A DNA stretch of 64,000 bases from an uncultured bacterium (GTDB taxonomy: Bacteria > Patescibacteriota > JAHJAL01), in contig CALKWM010000038.1 of assembly GCA_938004065.1 (NCBI GenBank), forward strand, positions 66,466-130,465. Reading direction: 5' to 3'. The position numbers and the translations under genes are program-made. A model generated the notes under the pieces. It did no database searches and was not told the origin of the DNA. It was given only the letters and a program-made list of their open reading frames with translations. Positions 44,301 to 50,804 of the stretch are shown here, one piece after another. The stretch's first letter is position 1, and each line of letters starts with the position of its first letter.

Positions 44301-47300
44301 GCTTCGTAAGTTCCAACGACATGATGCCAGGTATTTAGAGATAAAGTGGTGGGCGCATCAAGATATTCACTGGGGTTGCTGGTCCAGAATGTCGGTCGAT
44401 CAGTGTAGCTTGAACGACCGGCGGCAATGGACCATTGTCCGCTACCGCTTGACCCCCGGCTGATTATTCCATTCATATTGGCGTGACTGGCTGTCGGGTA
44501 AAACCAGGATTCAGCCGTAAAGGTCGCATTGGCAGTCATATTATAGTTGGCGGTGGTGGCATAATCATTTCCATCAAAGACGACATTGTCGCCGCTGGAA
44601 AATTTTACATCACTGCGCTCCGCCCACTGACCACCATCCAAAGTAGGTGAAGACCAGGCCGGATCATTGGCACTGGCGGCAAAGTTCAGATTACGAGAAT
44701 TACCCGAGTTGTCAGTGATAGTTGTGCCGCTACCATCATCCATGTGCCACTGAGCAATCAAACCGTTATTATCAGTTTCTTTAGTAAAAGTTTTATCGAA
44801 ATTTGTTTCCGCGGTCGCACCGGAATTACCATAATACATATATACTTTGCTGGTGCCGGCTTCCGGAATTTTTAGCCAAATCTCGGAGGTGCTGAGTGGA
44901 TCATAATTCTCAATCCAATAATTAATGTCGTTGCCATTTTGATCGGCGAAACGCAGGTCGGACCCGTCGCCGTTGGCTTTCAAGTATTCAAAATTGGATT
45001 GATTGAGAGTTAATTTAAGTTGCAGATTGTCCACGCCAGTTGATGGATTTATTGTCAGTGACTTGGTATAAATCCAGCCATCCAACGCCCCCGGATTGAT
45101 CCAGGCGCCGATAGTGAATTGATTGGTATTGTTCAGGCTTTCTTCATGCGGCACTATCACATAATCATTCTGCCCATCAAACGACAAAGCCGAACCATAT
45201 TTTCCATTTTCCGACCAGGCCGGCAAATTGGAGTCGGTTTCGTTATTGGCGATGGAGACGGTTGGCAATATTACGGTGTAATTTCTCCGTTCGTATATGT
45301 TCCTTATCTGTTCTGCCGAAAGTGTTTCACTGACAATTCTAACCTCATCAATTGAACCGGAGGTGTATTGTCCATTGTAGCCCCGCATGAAGTAGTTTAT
45401 TCTGTAGGGATAGGAGTCGTTGGAATTAGACGAAGATCCATACGCTTCCAGTCGTCCATCGATATATAGATAACCTGTTTGGGAGGAATCCTGAGTAAAG
45501 GCAATATGATGCCAGTTACCATCAGCCACCAGAGTGGTTGATTTTAGATTATGTTGCCAGGCGGAATTATAATGTATAAATTCGACATAGCCGCTACGCA
45601 GTACGAAATTGGCGTAAATATCACTACTATCGCGGCCCAACAAGACTTTTCCGTATTCACCATTTTGAGCGGTATCTGTCCCTTTGTACCACATAGATAG
45701 GGAGAAGTTTGACGTGTCCGAATATGATATCGCTGACGCCAGTGAAACATGATCATTGACACCATCAAAAGTCAGATAATCACCGGAAGAAAAATTGGTA
45801 CTACCGTCATCACCAAATCGTCCGCCATCCGAGCCGTTCCAGGTCGGACCGTTTTGCAGAGTGCCGGTATTGGCGTAACTCGAACTATCAGAAATAGTGG
45901 TTGAAGGATTGCCTTCGTCCATGTGCCATAGACCTCGTATATTGCTTGAATCCAAGTCATAGTCTTTAGTAAACACATTATCAAAACTGTCAGCGGAGCT
46001 GGCGCCGGAATTACCATAATATATATAGAATGTTTTAATCGTTTTTGCTTCAATCGTGGGCAGTTGCACCCAAAATTTGGTTTGATTGGGAGTGGAGTTG
46101 GCGCTGTCATAAAAATAATCTACCGGCGTGGTCATGTCCGATTCGGTAAAGCGGACGTCATCAAAATCTGTCTGCATTTGTGCCGGTACGAGTGAAGTGG
46201 TATCTATCAAAACGGGCAACTGATAATTCGTTAAATCATAAGGATTCTGGGAATTATCGACATATAAAGGGGAACGATAATTCCAGTTCGTGTCATACCA
46301 GACCGGTTGCGCGACATATTGTTCGGAAATTAATTTTAGACCGCCCACGGCAGCTACCGGTTCGGAGGCGGAATATTTTCGCACAAATAGATCATCGATC
46401 TCAAATGATTTGCTATGATTGGTCAATCCGATTTTCACCGGAGTTTCAGACGAATAACTGCTGTTGTAACTGGTTTCGAAATTTAAACCGTCATCCACAC
46501 TTTTTTGATAAGTGTTACCACCGGCTGATTTCAACTGCATTTTCACCCGATAATTCGTGCCGTTGTTCCACCGGCCCGCCAGGGTCGGGGTGCGATCAAC
46601 CCCGTCCTCATAGACATCAACCGTTTGCGAACTCAAGTCATAGTAAGCATAAATCAAATCGGTATAACTATTGCCGGTCCCGCTGTCGTGCCAGCCAAAC
46701 ATCATGTGATCATTGATTTCGGTCGGTTTATAGCGGAAATTCAGTTCCAGATCGGCACGGGTGAAGGTTTGTGTGCCCCGGAGTCCGTTACTGCCCCAGG
46801 CACCCGAACCGCCGGTGGCAATCAGTTTATCATTTTGTGACAAATAGTTGCCGTTATCAAATTCCACCCATTTGCTGGTATCAATGGTGGTGCCGGAAAA
46901 ATCGTCAAAAAATTCAAATACATTTTCGCCATCGGAAACATTTTCGGCAGTTGAATTGCCATATTTCATCGTCAAAACACTGGTACCGCTGTCAGGTACT
47001 TTGATCCAAACCAGCGAATCACCGGTGTCATCCCAGTTTTCAATCCAGTAGGATAATTCATTATTATTAGTGTCATAAAAACGTAGATCTCCCCCATCAT
47101 CTTGGGAGTTCTGGTAATCAAAATTTTCCGGATTTAATGTCAGCATCACCTGGTAATCATCAACCGGAGTGACGGGGCTCAGATCAATTTCGCGAGTGTA
47201 TAACCAGGTGCCACTTTGGCCGCCGGCCAGATAGCCGGCGTTGTTGGTACCGGAAGAATCGGCTACAATCGATCCCGTACTTTCGTCAAAATGCCACAAC

Positions 47301-50300
47301 CCGCTAACGCGGTCATCGACTTTATTGACGCCATAACGCCAGTTGGCATCGTGGAAAGGTGAAAAAGCGACTAATCGCCCCTGAGAGATTTGTAGTTTGG
47401 CTCCGCTTGATTCACCGTATTCATTCAATGCTCGCAGTTCGGTTATACTTCGAAAACGATTGGCGCTTAGTTGTCGAACTATATTGCCGGCACGTAATTT
47501 TATTTTTTCGGTTAAACTCTTGCCATCTAAGTCGGTACCGGATATTTGTAAAACTCCCGGGGTAATTATTTGTAGATCATCGAGTGCCAATTGTGAGTAT
47601 TCCGCAAATCCAATGGATTGGTCAAATGATATAATCGAGCCGGATCGGACTGTATAATCTTGGGAATAGTGATGGTAAATTTCATCGTTAGACAAAATTC
47701 GGTTATGAATTGCCAATTCGTCGATTTCACCGGTAAAGCCATTGCCTATGACAAGATCGTTATCATCAGCGGAAATTTCTCCCAGAAAATAGTATTCTTG
47801 TTGAATTACACCATCGACATATAATCTCAGATATTTGCCGTTATAGCTGCCAGTCAGATGATGCCAGTTATTGTCATTAATAATGCCGGCGGTTGATCCA
47901 GTACAGCTTTCCGCACTGCCGGCGGTATTTTGCCATTGATTATGGTCGTATATATAAAAGAACGGTCGGCCATCGGGACAGATCTCCAATTTATACTCAT
48001 TGTCTTTGGTTAAAATCGGCCCGGAAGAATCGGTCTTGATCCAGCTTTCGACGGTGATGTTGTCTGCAGGGGACAGAGAATAATGTTGACCAAGGTTGAT
48101 GTTGTCGGTTGTATTAAAAGAACGACTACGCCCTACCCGGCCGTTGTCCACCAGGGTGGTGCCGGTAATAACGCCGTGATTGGCCTGACCGGAATAATCA
48201 TTGCTATCTTCCATGTCCCACCAGCCGATCAATTTTGACTTGGCGTTTTCATACAAATTGAGGATTTCGTTTTGGGTTAGAACTGTAGAATACATTTTTA
48301 GTTCGTCGATTTGACCGTCAAAATGCGTGGCGCTGGTGAAAGCGGTAGAGCCAATTTTCAGATTGGCGGTACCGTTGGCCATAGAGCCGGTGGCACTTTC
48401 ATCTGCATACAATATACTGTTTACATATATTTTAAAGTTTGAATCGGCTTCATCACGATTAACAATAATATGAGACCATTGTTGCGGTTTAATCAGACCT
48501 TTAGGACTGGTTATTTGGTACAGTTGAGTGGCATTCAAAGCGGTGGCGGTAAATTCTACCGCACCTTCGGTTGAAATCTCGAGATTGTATTCCCAGTTGG
48601 AGGCGGTACCTTTACTCAATACCGGTTGGCGATTGTCCAGATTGTCAGGATTGACCCAAACCGAGAAACTGAAATCATCGGCAAAAGTAAATTTATCATC
48701 ATCGGGTATAATCACTTCTTCGTCATCGCCGAAAAATTCGAGTGCGCTACCGACCAGGCCGTCAATATAAGCCGGATCACCATTTAAACTGCCGGCAACG
48801 GCGTTGGTGGTAGTATCGTCTTCGACGCTGGTGGTCAAGTCATTTTCATCAAATGTATAGAGCGCTTCCAGATTGGCGGGATTGACCAGGCCAATCGAAT
48901 TATTCAAAGACAAGGTGTTTTTCAGTTCTTTATTGTAAGAATAGTTTGAGGTTGGTTCGGTGGTAGTGTCATAGAGTTTCACATCGGTAATTTCGTTGGA
49001 AAGCAATTGCCCATTAGCGGTGTTGATACCGTCAGTGGCGGTGAAAATATACGTAGTGGGGTCGATGTCAATCGGATACTCCAAATTGGCGACATTGACT
49101 ACCAATGCCAGATATAAATATTCCTGTGTTGAGTATTCCGGTGTGACATCAAGTAAAGGATATTGATCTTCCAAACCAATTTGTTCGATTGGATTAATTG
49201 TTTGGTCAAATTCCGGGGTGTTGGAAACCGGTTGGGCATCAGTGTCCAAATCAATTTCTTGAGCTTCGCTAACGCCAAGAGTATGAAATACGTTTTTGAC
49301 AACATATTTGAGTGCGTTGATGATCATATCGTAAAATGATTGATGGTCGCCGGTGTCCAAAGTTTGAACGGTGGCCGAAAGGTCAGATTCGTATTGCTGA
49401 TTTTCGGTTTGATCCGATTCTTTAACATCAATGCTTGATTCGTTTTCATCGATATTGTCTGCCGGTAGTGATTGATCAATTTCCATATCTTCTGTTTGGC
49501 TTAGGTTAAATCTGGATGAATCGATTTCCAGACCGGATCGGTATTCTTGTTCCGTCAATAGCTGTAAATATGCATTGGTGGAAATTTCTCCCTTGTTGTC
49601 AATCAAAAATGGCGCGGTAACCGAAGCGACCGTTGCCCCACTTTGATTTTGGTAGTGGATTTGATTATCAGACAAAACCGGTGTAACGTTTTCCAAATCC
49701 AATTGGTAGTAAAATATCCAGTTATTTTCACCATGATAACCACTGGCCAATTTGTCTATTTGCCTGGTGGTGTCTGATTTCAATATTAGATCTTCCTTGA
49801 TTCCTTGGCTGAGTGAGGTGTAAACCACATCCACATTGTCCCACTGGTTTTGATAAACCAATTTGTTTTCATCAGCTGAGGCGTTGGCAGTGTTGGCGGA
49901 AACAGGTTGATATTTGATTGAATAATCGATTTTTCGGGCAACTTGATTTTGATCTTCGACGGAGTTAAATTTTAGTTCCAATGGTTCATCTGATTTTTTG
50001 GGAATCGATAATTTATGCGGAGTTTGTTGAGACAGATAACTACCGTTTTCAAAGATCAATTTCGGGTCGATAATTTCCTCGGTTTGAGTTTCCGGATTGA
50101 TATATGTTTCAATCAATTGAGCTTTTTTCAAAGATTCGAGAGTATCATTACTGGCGGTATTTAAGCTGTTAACCAATTCGTTTTTTTCAAATTTACTGTC
50201 AATGTCTTTTAAATCTTTGTAAACCAATTCTTGTGAAGCGTTACCGATATTGTCGATAACTTTTGTTTTTTCTTCATCACTCAGTTTTGAAGTGGCCATG

Positions 50301-50551
50301 AAAACATCCGGATTTTCTTGCATGTTGGCGATTTTTTCCACCAATTCGTCGGCATGACTGCGGTCGATATCGGTGTATTGCACGAGATTGCCCCATTCGC
50401 TTTTTTGGGTTATGGGAGTGCTATTTACCGTTTCAATTTCCAAAGCAAATGCGGAAAATGATTGCAGGATCAACATAGTGGCCATCATGACAAAGATAGC
50501 TGTTTTAAAAGCTTTTTTGATAGTTTTGGTTTTGATTTTGTTTTTGATCAT
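32390..50551 (-). CDS. Giant surface protein (6053 aa): signal peptide, KE...YPIDIDPT module, many LamG and about six DUF2341 domains, beta-propellers including a GH43/32/130-like 5-blade propeller, C-terminal WxL/pilin-like domain
   Basis: 18.2 kb ORF; repeated DLRF/DIRF...YWIE...(M/I)YYGN; LamG motifs; WDDVDVYAPFVLKDGDVYKMWY blades; ISPNGTEEW Ig-like domain; C-terminus ...FGW...TVIDWTVPAGDYDSTVSIVVIPRY. Confidence 0.9.
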   Translation of the reverse strand: MIKNKIKTKTIKKAFKTAIFVMMATMLILQSFSAFALEIETVNSTPITQKSEWGNLVQYTDIDRSHADELVEKIANMQENPDVFMATSKLSDEEKTKVIDNIGNASQELVYKDLKDIDSKFEKNELVNSLNTASNDTLESLKKAQLIETYINPETQTEEIIDPKLIFENGSYLSQQTPHKLSIPKKSDEPLELKFNSVEDQNQVARKIDYSIKYQPVSANTANASADENKLVYQNQWDNVDVVYTSLSQGIKEDLILKSDTTRQIDKLASGYHGENNWIFYYQLDLENVTPVLSDNQIHYQNQSGATVASVTAPFLIDNKGEISTNAYLQLLTEQEYRSGLEIDSSRFNLSQTEDMEIDQSLPADNIDENESSIDVKESDQTENQQYESDLSATVQTLDTGDHQSFYDMIINALKYVVKNVFHTLGVSEAQEIDLDTDAQPVSNTPEFDQTINPIEQIGLEDQYPLLDVTPEYSTQEYLYLALVVNVANLEYPIDIDPTTYIFTATDGINTANGQLLSNEITDVKLYDTTTEPTSNYSYNKELKNTLSLNNSIGLVNPANLEALYTFDENDLTTSVEDDTTTNAVAGSLNGDPAYIDGLVGSALEFFGDDEEVIIPDDDKFTFADDFSFSVWVNPDNLDNRQPVLSKGTASNWEYNLEISTEGAVEFTATALNATQLYQITSPKGLIKPQQWSHIIVNRDEADSNFKIYVNSILYADESATGSMANGTANLKIGSTAFTSATHFDGQIDELKMYSTVLTQNEILNLYENAKSKLIGWWDMEDSNDYSGQANHGVITGTTLVDNGRVGRSRSFNTTDNINLGQHYSLSPADNITVESWIKTDSSGPILTKDNEYKLEICPDGRPFFYIYDHNQWQNTAGSAESCTGSTAGIINDNNWHHLTGSYNGKYLRLYVDGVIQQEYYFLGEISADDNDLVIGNGFTGEIDELAIHNRILSNDEIYHHYSQDYTVRSGSIISFDQSIGFAEYSQLALDDLQIITPGVLQISGTDLDGKSLTEKIKLRAGNIVRQLSANRFRSITELRALNEYGESSGAKLQISQGRLVAFSPFHDANWRYGVNKVDDRVSGLWHFDESTGSIVADSSGTNNAGYLAGGQSGTWLYTREIDLSPVTPVDDYQVMLTLNPENFDYQNSQDDGGDLRFYDTNNNELSYWIENWDDTGDSLVWIKVPDSGTSVLTMKYGNSTAENVSDGENVFEFFDDFSGTTIDTSKWVEFDNGNYLSQNDKLIATGGSGAWGSNGLRGTQTFTRADLELNFRYKPTEINDHMMFGWHDSGTGNSYTDLIYAYYDLSSQTVDVYEDGVDRTPTLAGRWNNGTNYRVKMQLKSAGGNTYQKSVDDGLNFETSYNSSYSSETPVKIGLTNHSKSFEIDDLFVRKYSASEPVAAVGGLKLISEQYVAQPVWYDTNWNYRSPLYVDNSQNPYDLTNYQLPVLIDTTSLVPAQMQTDFDDVRFTESDMTTPVDYFYDSANSTPNQTKFWVQLPTIEAKTIKTFYIYYGNSGASSADSFDNVFTKDYDLDSSNIRGLWHMDEGNPSTTISDSSSYANTGTLQNGPTWNGSDGGRFGDDGSTNFSSGDYLTFDGVNDHVSLASAISYSDTSNFSLSMWYKGTDTAQNGEYGKVLLGRDSSDIYANFVLRSGYVEFIHYNSAWQHNLKSTTLVADGNWHHIAFTQDSSQTGYLYIDGRLEAYGSSSNSNDSYPYRINYFMRGYNGQYTSGSIDEVRIVSETLSAEQIRNIYERRNYTVILPTVSIANNETDSNLPAWSENGKYGSALSFDGQNDYVIVPHEESLNNTNQFTIGAWINPGALDGWIYTKSLTINPSTGVDNLQLKLTLNQSNFEYLKANGDGSDLRFADQNGNDINYWIENYDPLSTSEIWLKIPEAGTSKVYMYYGNSGATAETNFDKTFTKETDNNGLIAQWHMDDGSGTTITDNSGNSRNLNFAASANDPAWSSPTLDGGQWAERSDVKFSSGDNVVFDGNDYATTANYNMTANATFTAESWFYPTASHANMNGIISRGSSGSGQWSIAAGRSSYTDRPTFWTSNPSEYLDAPTTLSLNTWHHVVGTYEAGVKKLYVDGQLVGTDSTSGHNSFDIPFTVGRRDYNTNNNYFTGSIDETKIYNRALTAAEVLANYERRAFSEGNSVISLGSQQTGSPASLYQQTLIFDSPTQEANYQAKVELTGANFDYSKVQSDGGDIRFYDLLGNSLDYFFFDWNYGGNSTIYVRIPNQGTAAFYMQYGDGQSFTTEDGDNTISLYDNFTDGQFDQNKWSKIRVDNTSWNEGVDKSGWMKLKAQNGKNMSGDAASAPMIIGQADYMGIDYELSTTIQFESDLSKPSASYPKTKTGLMIYQDDDNYLFFGPAYNESGAAAAMVIIDETDNNSNITYENNAIPTVVDLAIVKQQGGYYFFFKDHNSTSWTQLTNVSYKSFAAERTGVASWSDTSADLPVYFDQIALAKNYQPVNNANLSGEESWDYKRGISLAPATPTDNYQVQVQLDSSFPYSNAQGSGEDIRFYDSNFNKLNYWIEYWNSATWSNRSSIWVNIPDAGTEKIFMYYGNSNVSSESYGELTFPFFDDFTGTTIDTDKWSVFDNGSYLSQNDKLIATGGSGAWGSNGLTSIGTFNRSDKYELRLDYKPTSSTGHIMFGWHDGGTGTDQSDLIYAYYDLNSQTVDVYEDGNNRTPSVAGTWTNGTTYKVSMPLKNNSGAIYQKSSDGGISWEKSYDSTYSSETPLKIGITNYSKPFEIDNLFVKKYSGTESAATLESETNWMYKRTVTLSSNTPADNYQVKLEMDSGDIDYANVNEDGSDIRFFDDNGNKLNYWIERWAVGGTSVVWIKIPDNGTSSFTMYYGNPTAVSETNGQATFDIYDDFEDGVLNTDQWGWTREVAGSWSEGGKQDGWLWIEALEDSNMWEADNSAPVLLADTDMTGQNYELTVRIQASLGEDDQQGGLIVYEDDSNHVQGMRKYWSGQKVNFKVEDAGSVTSNDANFTDNDFDLKIRKYDNTFRFYYKKHNHTDWTSFGSGSEYDLTMTTQFTGLSSYANTGDDVDTFFDDFRVNKINNINPASDIIASLAAEQAKEVDLDETTNIIKKGTAYSIGATDDYFYSTLGSQTISSKLDEGWSHVVQTYDGTSQKIFINGELREEKTYDGSLSINSEDLIIGEKFYGTVDDVLLAGKAFSAEEIKTIYESDNPYTKVQPVEEQNEINNNNIVTDNLVGYWPLNEGTGTATEDASTNNNTGTLTNGPVWSSGINDFGLNFDDSNDYVSVGNVSPLSFEYNQPFTLSAWIKTSNTTTDDIIVSKMENSGNYRGYSLSALNSTTGKLNLVIRNVINSTYISSIGSTKVNDGQWHHVVATYDGSGTYDGTMLYVDGQAETMTKSSDSLGGATIVNTQAFTIGSRASGGVPFAGRIDEVRVYNSELTSGQIGALAHQYDYSFSGDEIASSSAGIEISGDQSSNSDQLAIKIDAGGPTGEATYKVSNSNGIGWSASTYVTSAEKSNLYFDGSDTGVDITFKYSAKFVSGEIYKIASWYTEERSNMRGIRRSFPEVAAIIATDNTTDPDQKSIEIIDTLDNSLWMRFTNTNTDDFLGGDNTLITSVDMLNGQLYAGNSDSSGFGILKVDYIDDSARYFGSEAGSDLIFGNIAYRNQSNEFGQDDKITLNDLSVNDLDAELLAGRITLTAGVSGPNGGVNVIDEYNNTVIYGTSGGDGIDKLKLSTNGHIYMANGTDNNVINIDNIITYKQNFNIANYNELYEDSAIATYQIPTEPINDILVNESESIADEFSSNKIFTATDNGLGIIDTLTSGLSDDSSHDNQNGFTKEITAKYITESMNGPLNLVGMWIAGDQTGVASVSDRGIHSHDMSIHGFGATLSDSDWSQGVRGKSLYFDGSANYLSVADHSDFNFTDSNNLSFGAWVKPSRATTSETVFGQTGLTAATTSFALSTTSNAGKIIYEATVGKGSGLYTTASEEYDLTDTWHYLAGVHDAQNNILKIYIDGEPEADITTPANLDINNPTNNLTIGGSSGGTNLFQGNVQGAFLTKTKLTDNQIKRLYNIGLGALSDNDDDLNRLGGTSDQSQCLALDKNNNTIYVGTDNGLSEIDLDRDVRTNYWTTATTPSLPSNDVSDIDFSGYQALVATNAGARIIKTDGSFSGNSSIGQLQSGKGRDVYTDGAYNYYVSNAGLDIIDIVNNTRHAFVLREDGFNSVAALDGLVFMGTDDDGIYAGNITTMSGESTITQPTFHASSTQPLLSNEIFDLYARRINGINYLVAGTGDGVVLLADYDTSNNYQVYFKNNDGDDITKVWLNEAGDLAYYNATDQRVRVFDDAIDPNLYPFQGSTYSYDRQYSVSTTPNYIGSEVNDLIYVANTSTAESGRDTFYIATNNGVSVIQEHSTPTSGTVKHYVNQKLHDERTGVLIPFDQSYTPENPDTNSYFNTVNNYDPTRAKYNFLSDPDLAGYWDFDQTLPAQIADRSGKNNHGGFGPNTGTSGGKTGNALYLDGNRSYLVVNDNASLHPTSAFSWSGWVWKDEAISNDNAGEPILASKFDGGNNGEFVLYFNKNNKLQLKVSDGSSAVTSGESSAIGTESWHHVAATFDSGNVNFYIDGQLDSTFTVAVTNLQLPPYNNQPASMTDLYLGNDWSVFNSPFGGYIDEVAYYTRALTPEEIQSHASLTDFSNSVTVNNQDSLAYRTSANLTTESGATETFYLNFDETLSGNQGETFTTAIESELQRPNLNMISYGGNTNNNVILNVGTSGSWDDVDVYAPFVLKDGDVYKMWYTGVAGTNDYRIGYAISNDGINWQKYSGNLCSGSGATGNGCIFEHNSSGFDSVYVYQPTVIKENNIYKMWYGGYDGSGLEIGYATSSNGVNWIRQNSGNPVITIGSAGSWDDWGVTYPHVAKEGSVYKMWYSGEQSAYNFRVGYAMSTDGVNWTKYDDANTADCGFSEANDNGCMIDIGSSGSFYQNDIETPKVIKLNNLYYLYFYGQDGSGVFRAGLMTSVNGIDWQIGNEGNPVFNLNTAGQWDDAHIFGLVPIFEKNNIKHYYSAHDGANSRIGLTTLDFEAGRYGKSLRIENNDIYQYDVTNDINRSQGTISTWVKLDNTTDALHEIYNLQSSSGNYQDGLFLSAKSGQITAGLNGDIKLVATNTLTNNYWNHFVLTWGKPSANNENLKLYLNGQLIQTGIYDAVIGQIYNQLQIGGNKAESRDYLKGNIDELRIYNQALNADEITELYNGSLGNSSKINTISKVSEGTIEFDYTPNWNSNVDDEHRVLFDAMAGDPSRVDEQYNQSKTAVNRLRIWKEEGSTLGDNDRLHFGILDNDGDLYEVYTNETIDWTSDTTYRITAQWDLDNNDLTAGGANKIRIMVNDSLVAGDNFTSGVTANKKKNGTDTGIAEEITMSNIGEKFWIGSGAPNPLVNMIDNPSFELNNGSDPADWTKTGTITYDTSQTNSKYGTDAVSITGPDTTNKLQQTIKGLIPGTWTLSWWAKGSASDSTQDMDVQISAGSLTGTTGNNTDPGTTYKYHYITFANDTYGDLTLSLSANSGETVWYDGITLAKGRMDENMQNSSGSFSDFQISTNLKTEAELNAIYLAESYDSINQNATLAGETNNTTSLGVKKVNTSPTASDEIIFVGTKGYTSEGALTQITFGSPDERTDEWRQDSSGGSLTSNRVNSISYSIIRNNLAVATDDAGIFGFYDDVPASISLISPNGTEEWEGGSAQTISWNTDFGICEHIQLDYSTNGGVSYTEIINNLDDTGSYTWDPVASLNSANTTIKVNCMDPFDNELATDVSDANFIIDSTSPEFTIYNIPNPSGDNMVFVRGSGTDTGGATSITEVQYKVDNSDWSNANINSGLGTTSVEFDFSTTALDAGQHTIYVKGKDSSLPGGNELDLSTAAQRTFNVDALSISFDKTLFPINLSVNGDMSMTDSVNVTVTGYGTDYSLAIKADKPPTNRYYPSENIPFYIGNDSWSDSTVGFGWKNTNFNSGNYNDFETGAYEIFKNSFASLIGDTTTVDFKTVIDWTVPAGDYDSTVSIVVIPRY
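42260..46920 (-). repeat. Duplicated ~180-aa module after DUF2341 (about 42260-42800 and 46380-46920)
   Basis: FFDDF.GTTIDT.KW..FDNG.YLSQNDKLIATGGSGAWGSNGL...MFGWHD.GTG...DLIYAYYDL.SQTVDVYEDG twice; CCCCAGGCACCCGAACCGCCGGTGGC is identical in both. Confidence 0.8.
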
Positions 50552-50598
50552 TTTTTTTGTTTTTTTGGTTTTAGGTTACAGTTCTCCTAAATCGTATT

Positions 50599-50627
50599 AT
50601 TGTAGCATAATGGTCAAAAAAATGCAA
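50599..50627 (-). promoter_or_regulatory. sigma70-type promoter TTGCAT-17bp-TACAAT with extended -10 TG
   Basis: Upstream of the ATG at 50551; shares a 20/21-bp block and an identical 16-bp block with the promoter at 11660. Confidence 0.7.
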
Positions 50628-50705
50628 GGTTTTTATGGTTGGAAAAATTACTATTATATATGCCTTGATTAGTGGCTATTCATAAGGTTTTTGGGGATTA
50701 CTGCC

Positions 50706-50737
50706 AAAAAACAAGGTCAATTAGTATATTGACCTTG
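50706..50737 (-). terminator. Intrinsic terminator of eno
   Basis: Perfect 10-bp stem CAAGGTCAAT/ATTGACCTTG followed on the minus strand by TTTTTT. Confidence 0.7.
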
Positions 50738-50804
50738 ATGTTAGTTTTTTCACAATATGGCAATTATAAAAATTTTTAATAACCTACAATTGCATACTGT
50801 TTAG

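Noticed and set aside
1077-50551. Prophage tail region or RHS toxin locus
   Set aside because: No capsid, terminase, integrase, YD repeats or RHS core; the proteins carry signal or TM segments and sit next to eno.
1156-50672. Numerous 60-235 aa ORFs overlapping the giant genes (antisense or alternative frame)
   Set aside because: Shadow ORFs arising from the codon bias of long genes; no recognisable motifs.
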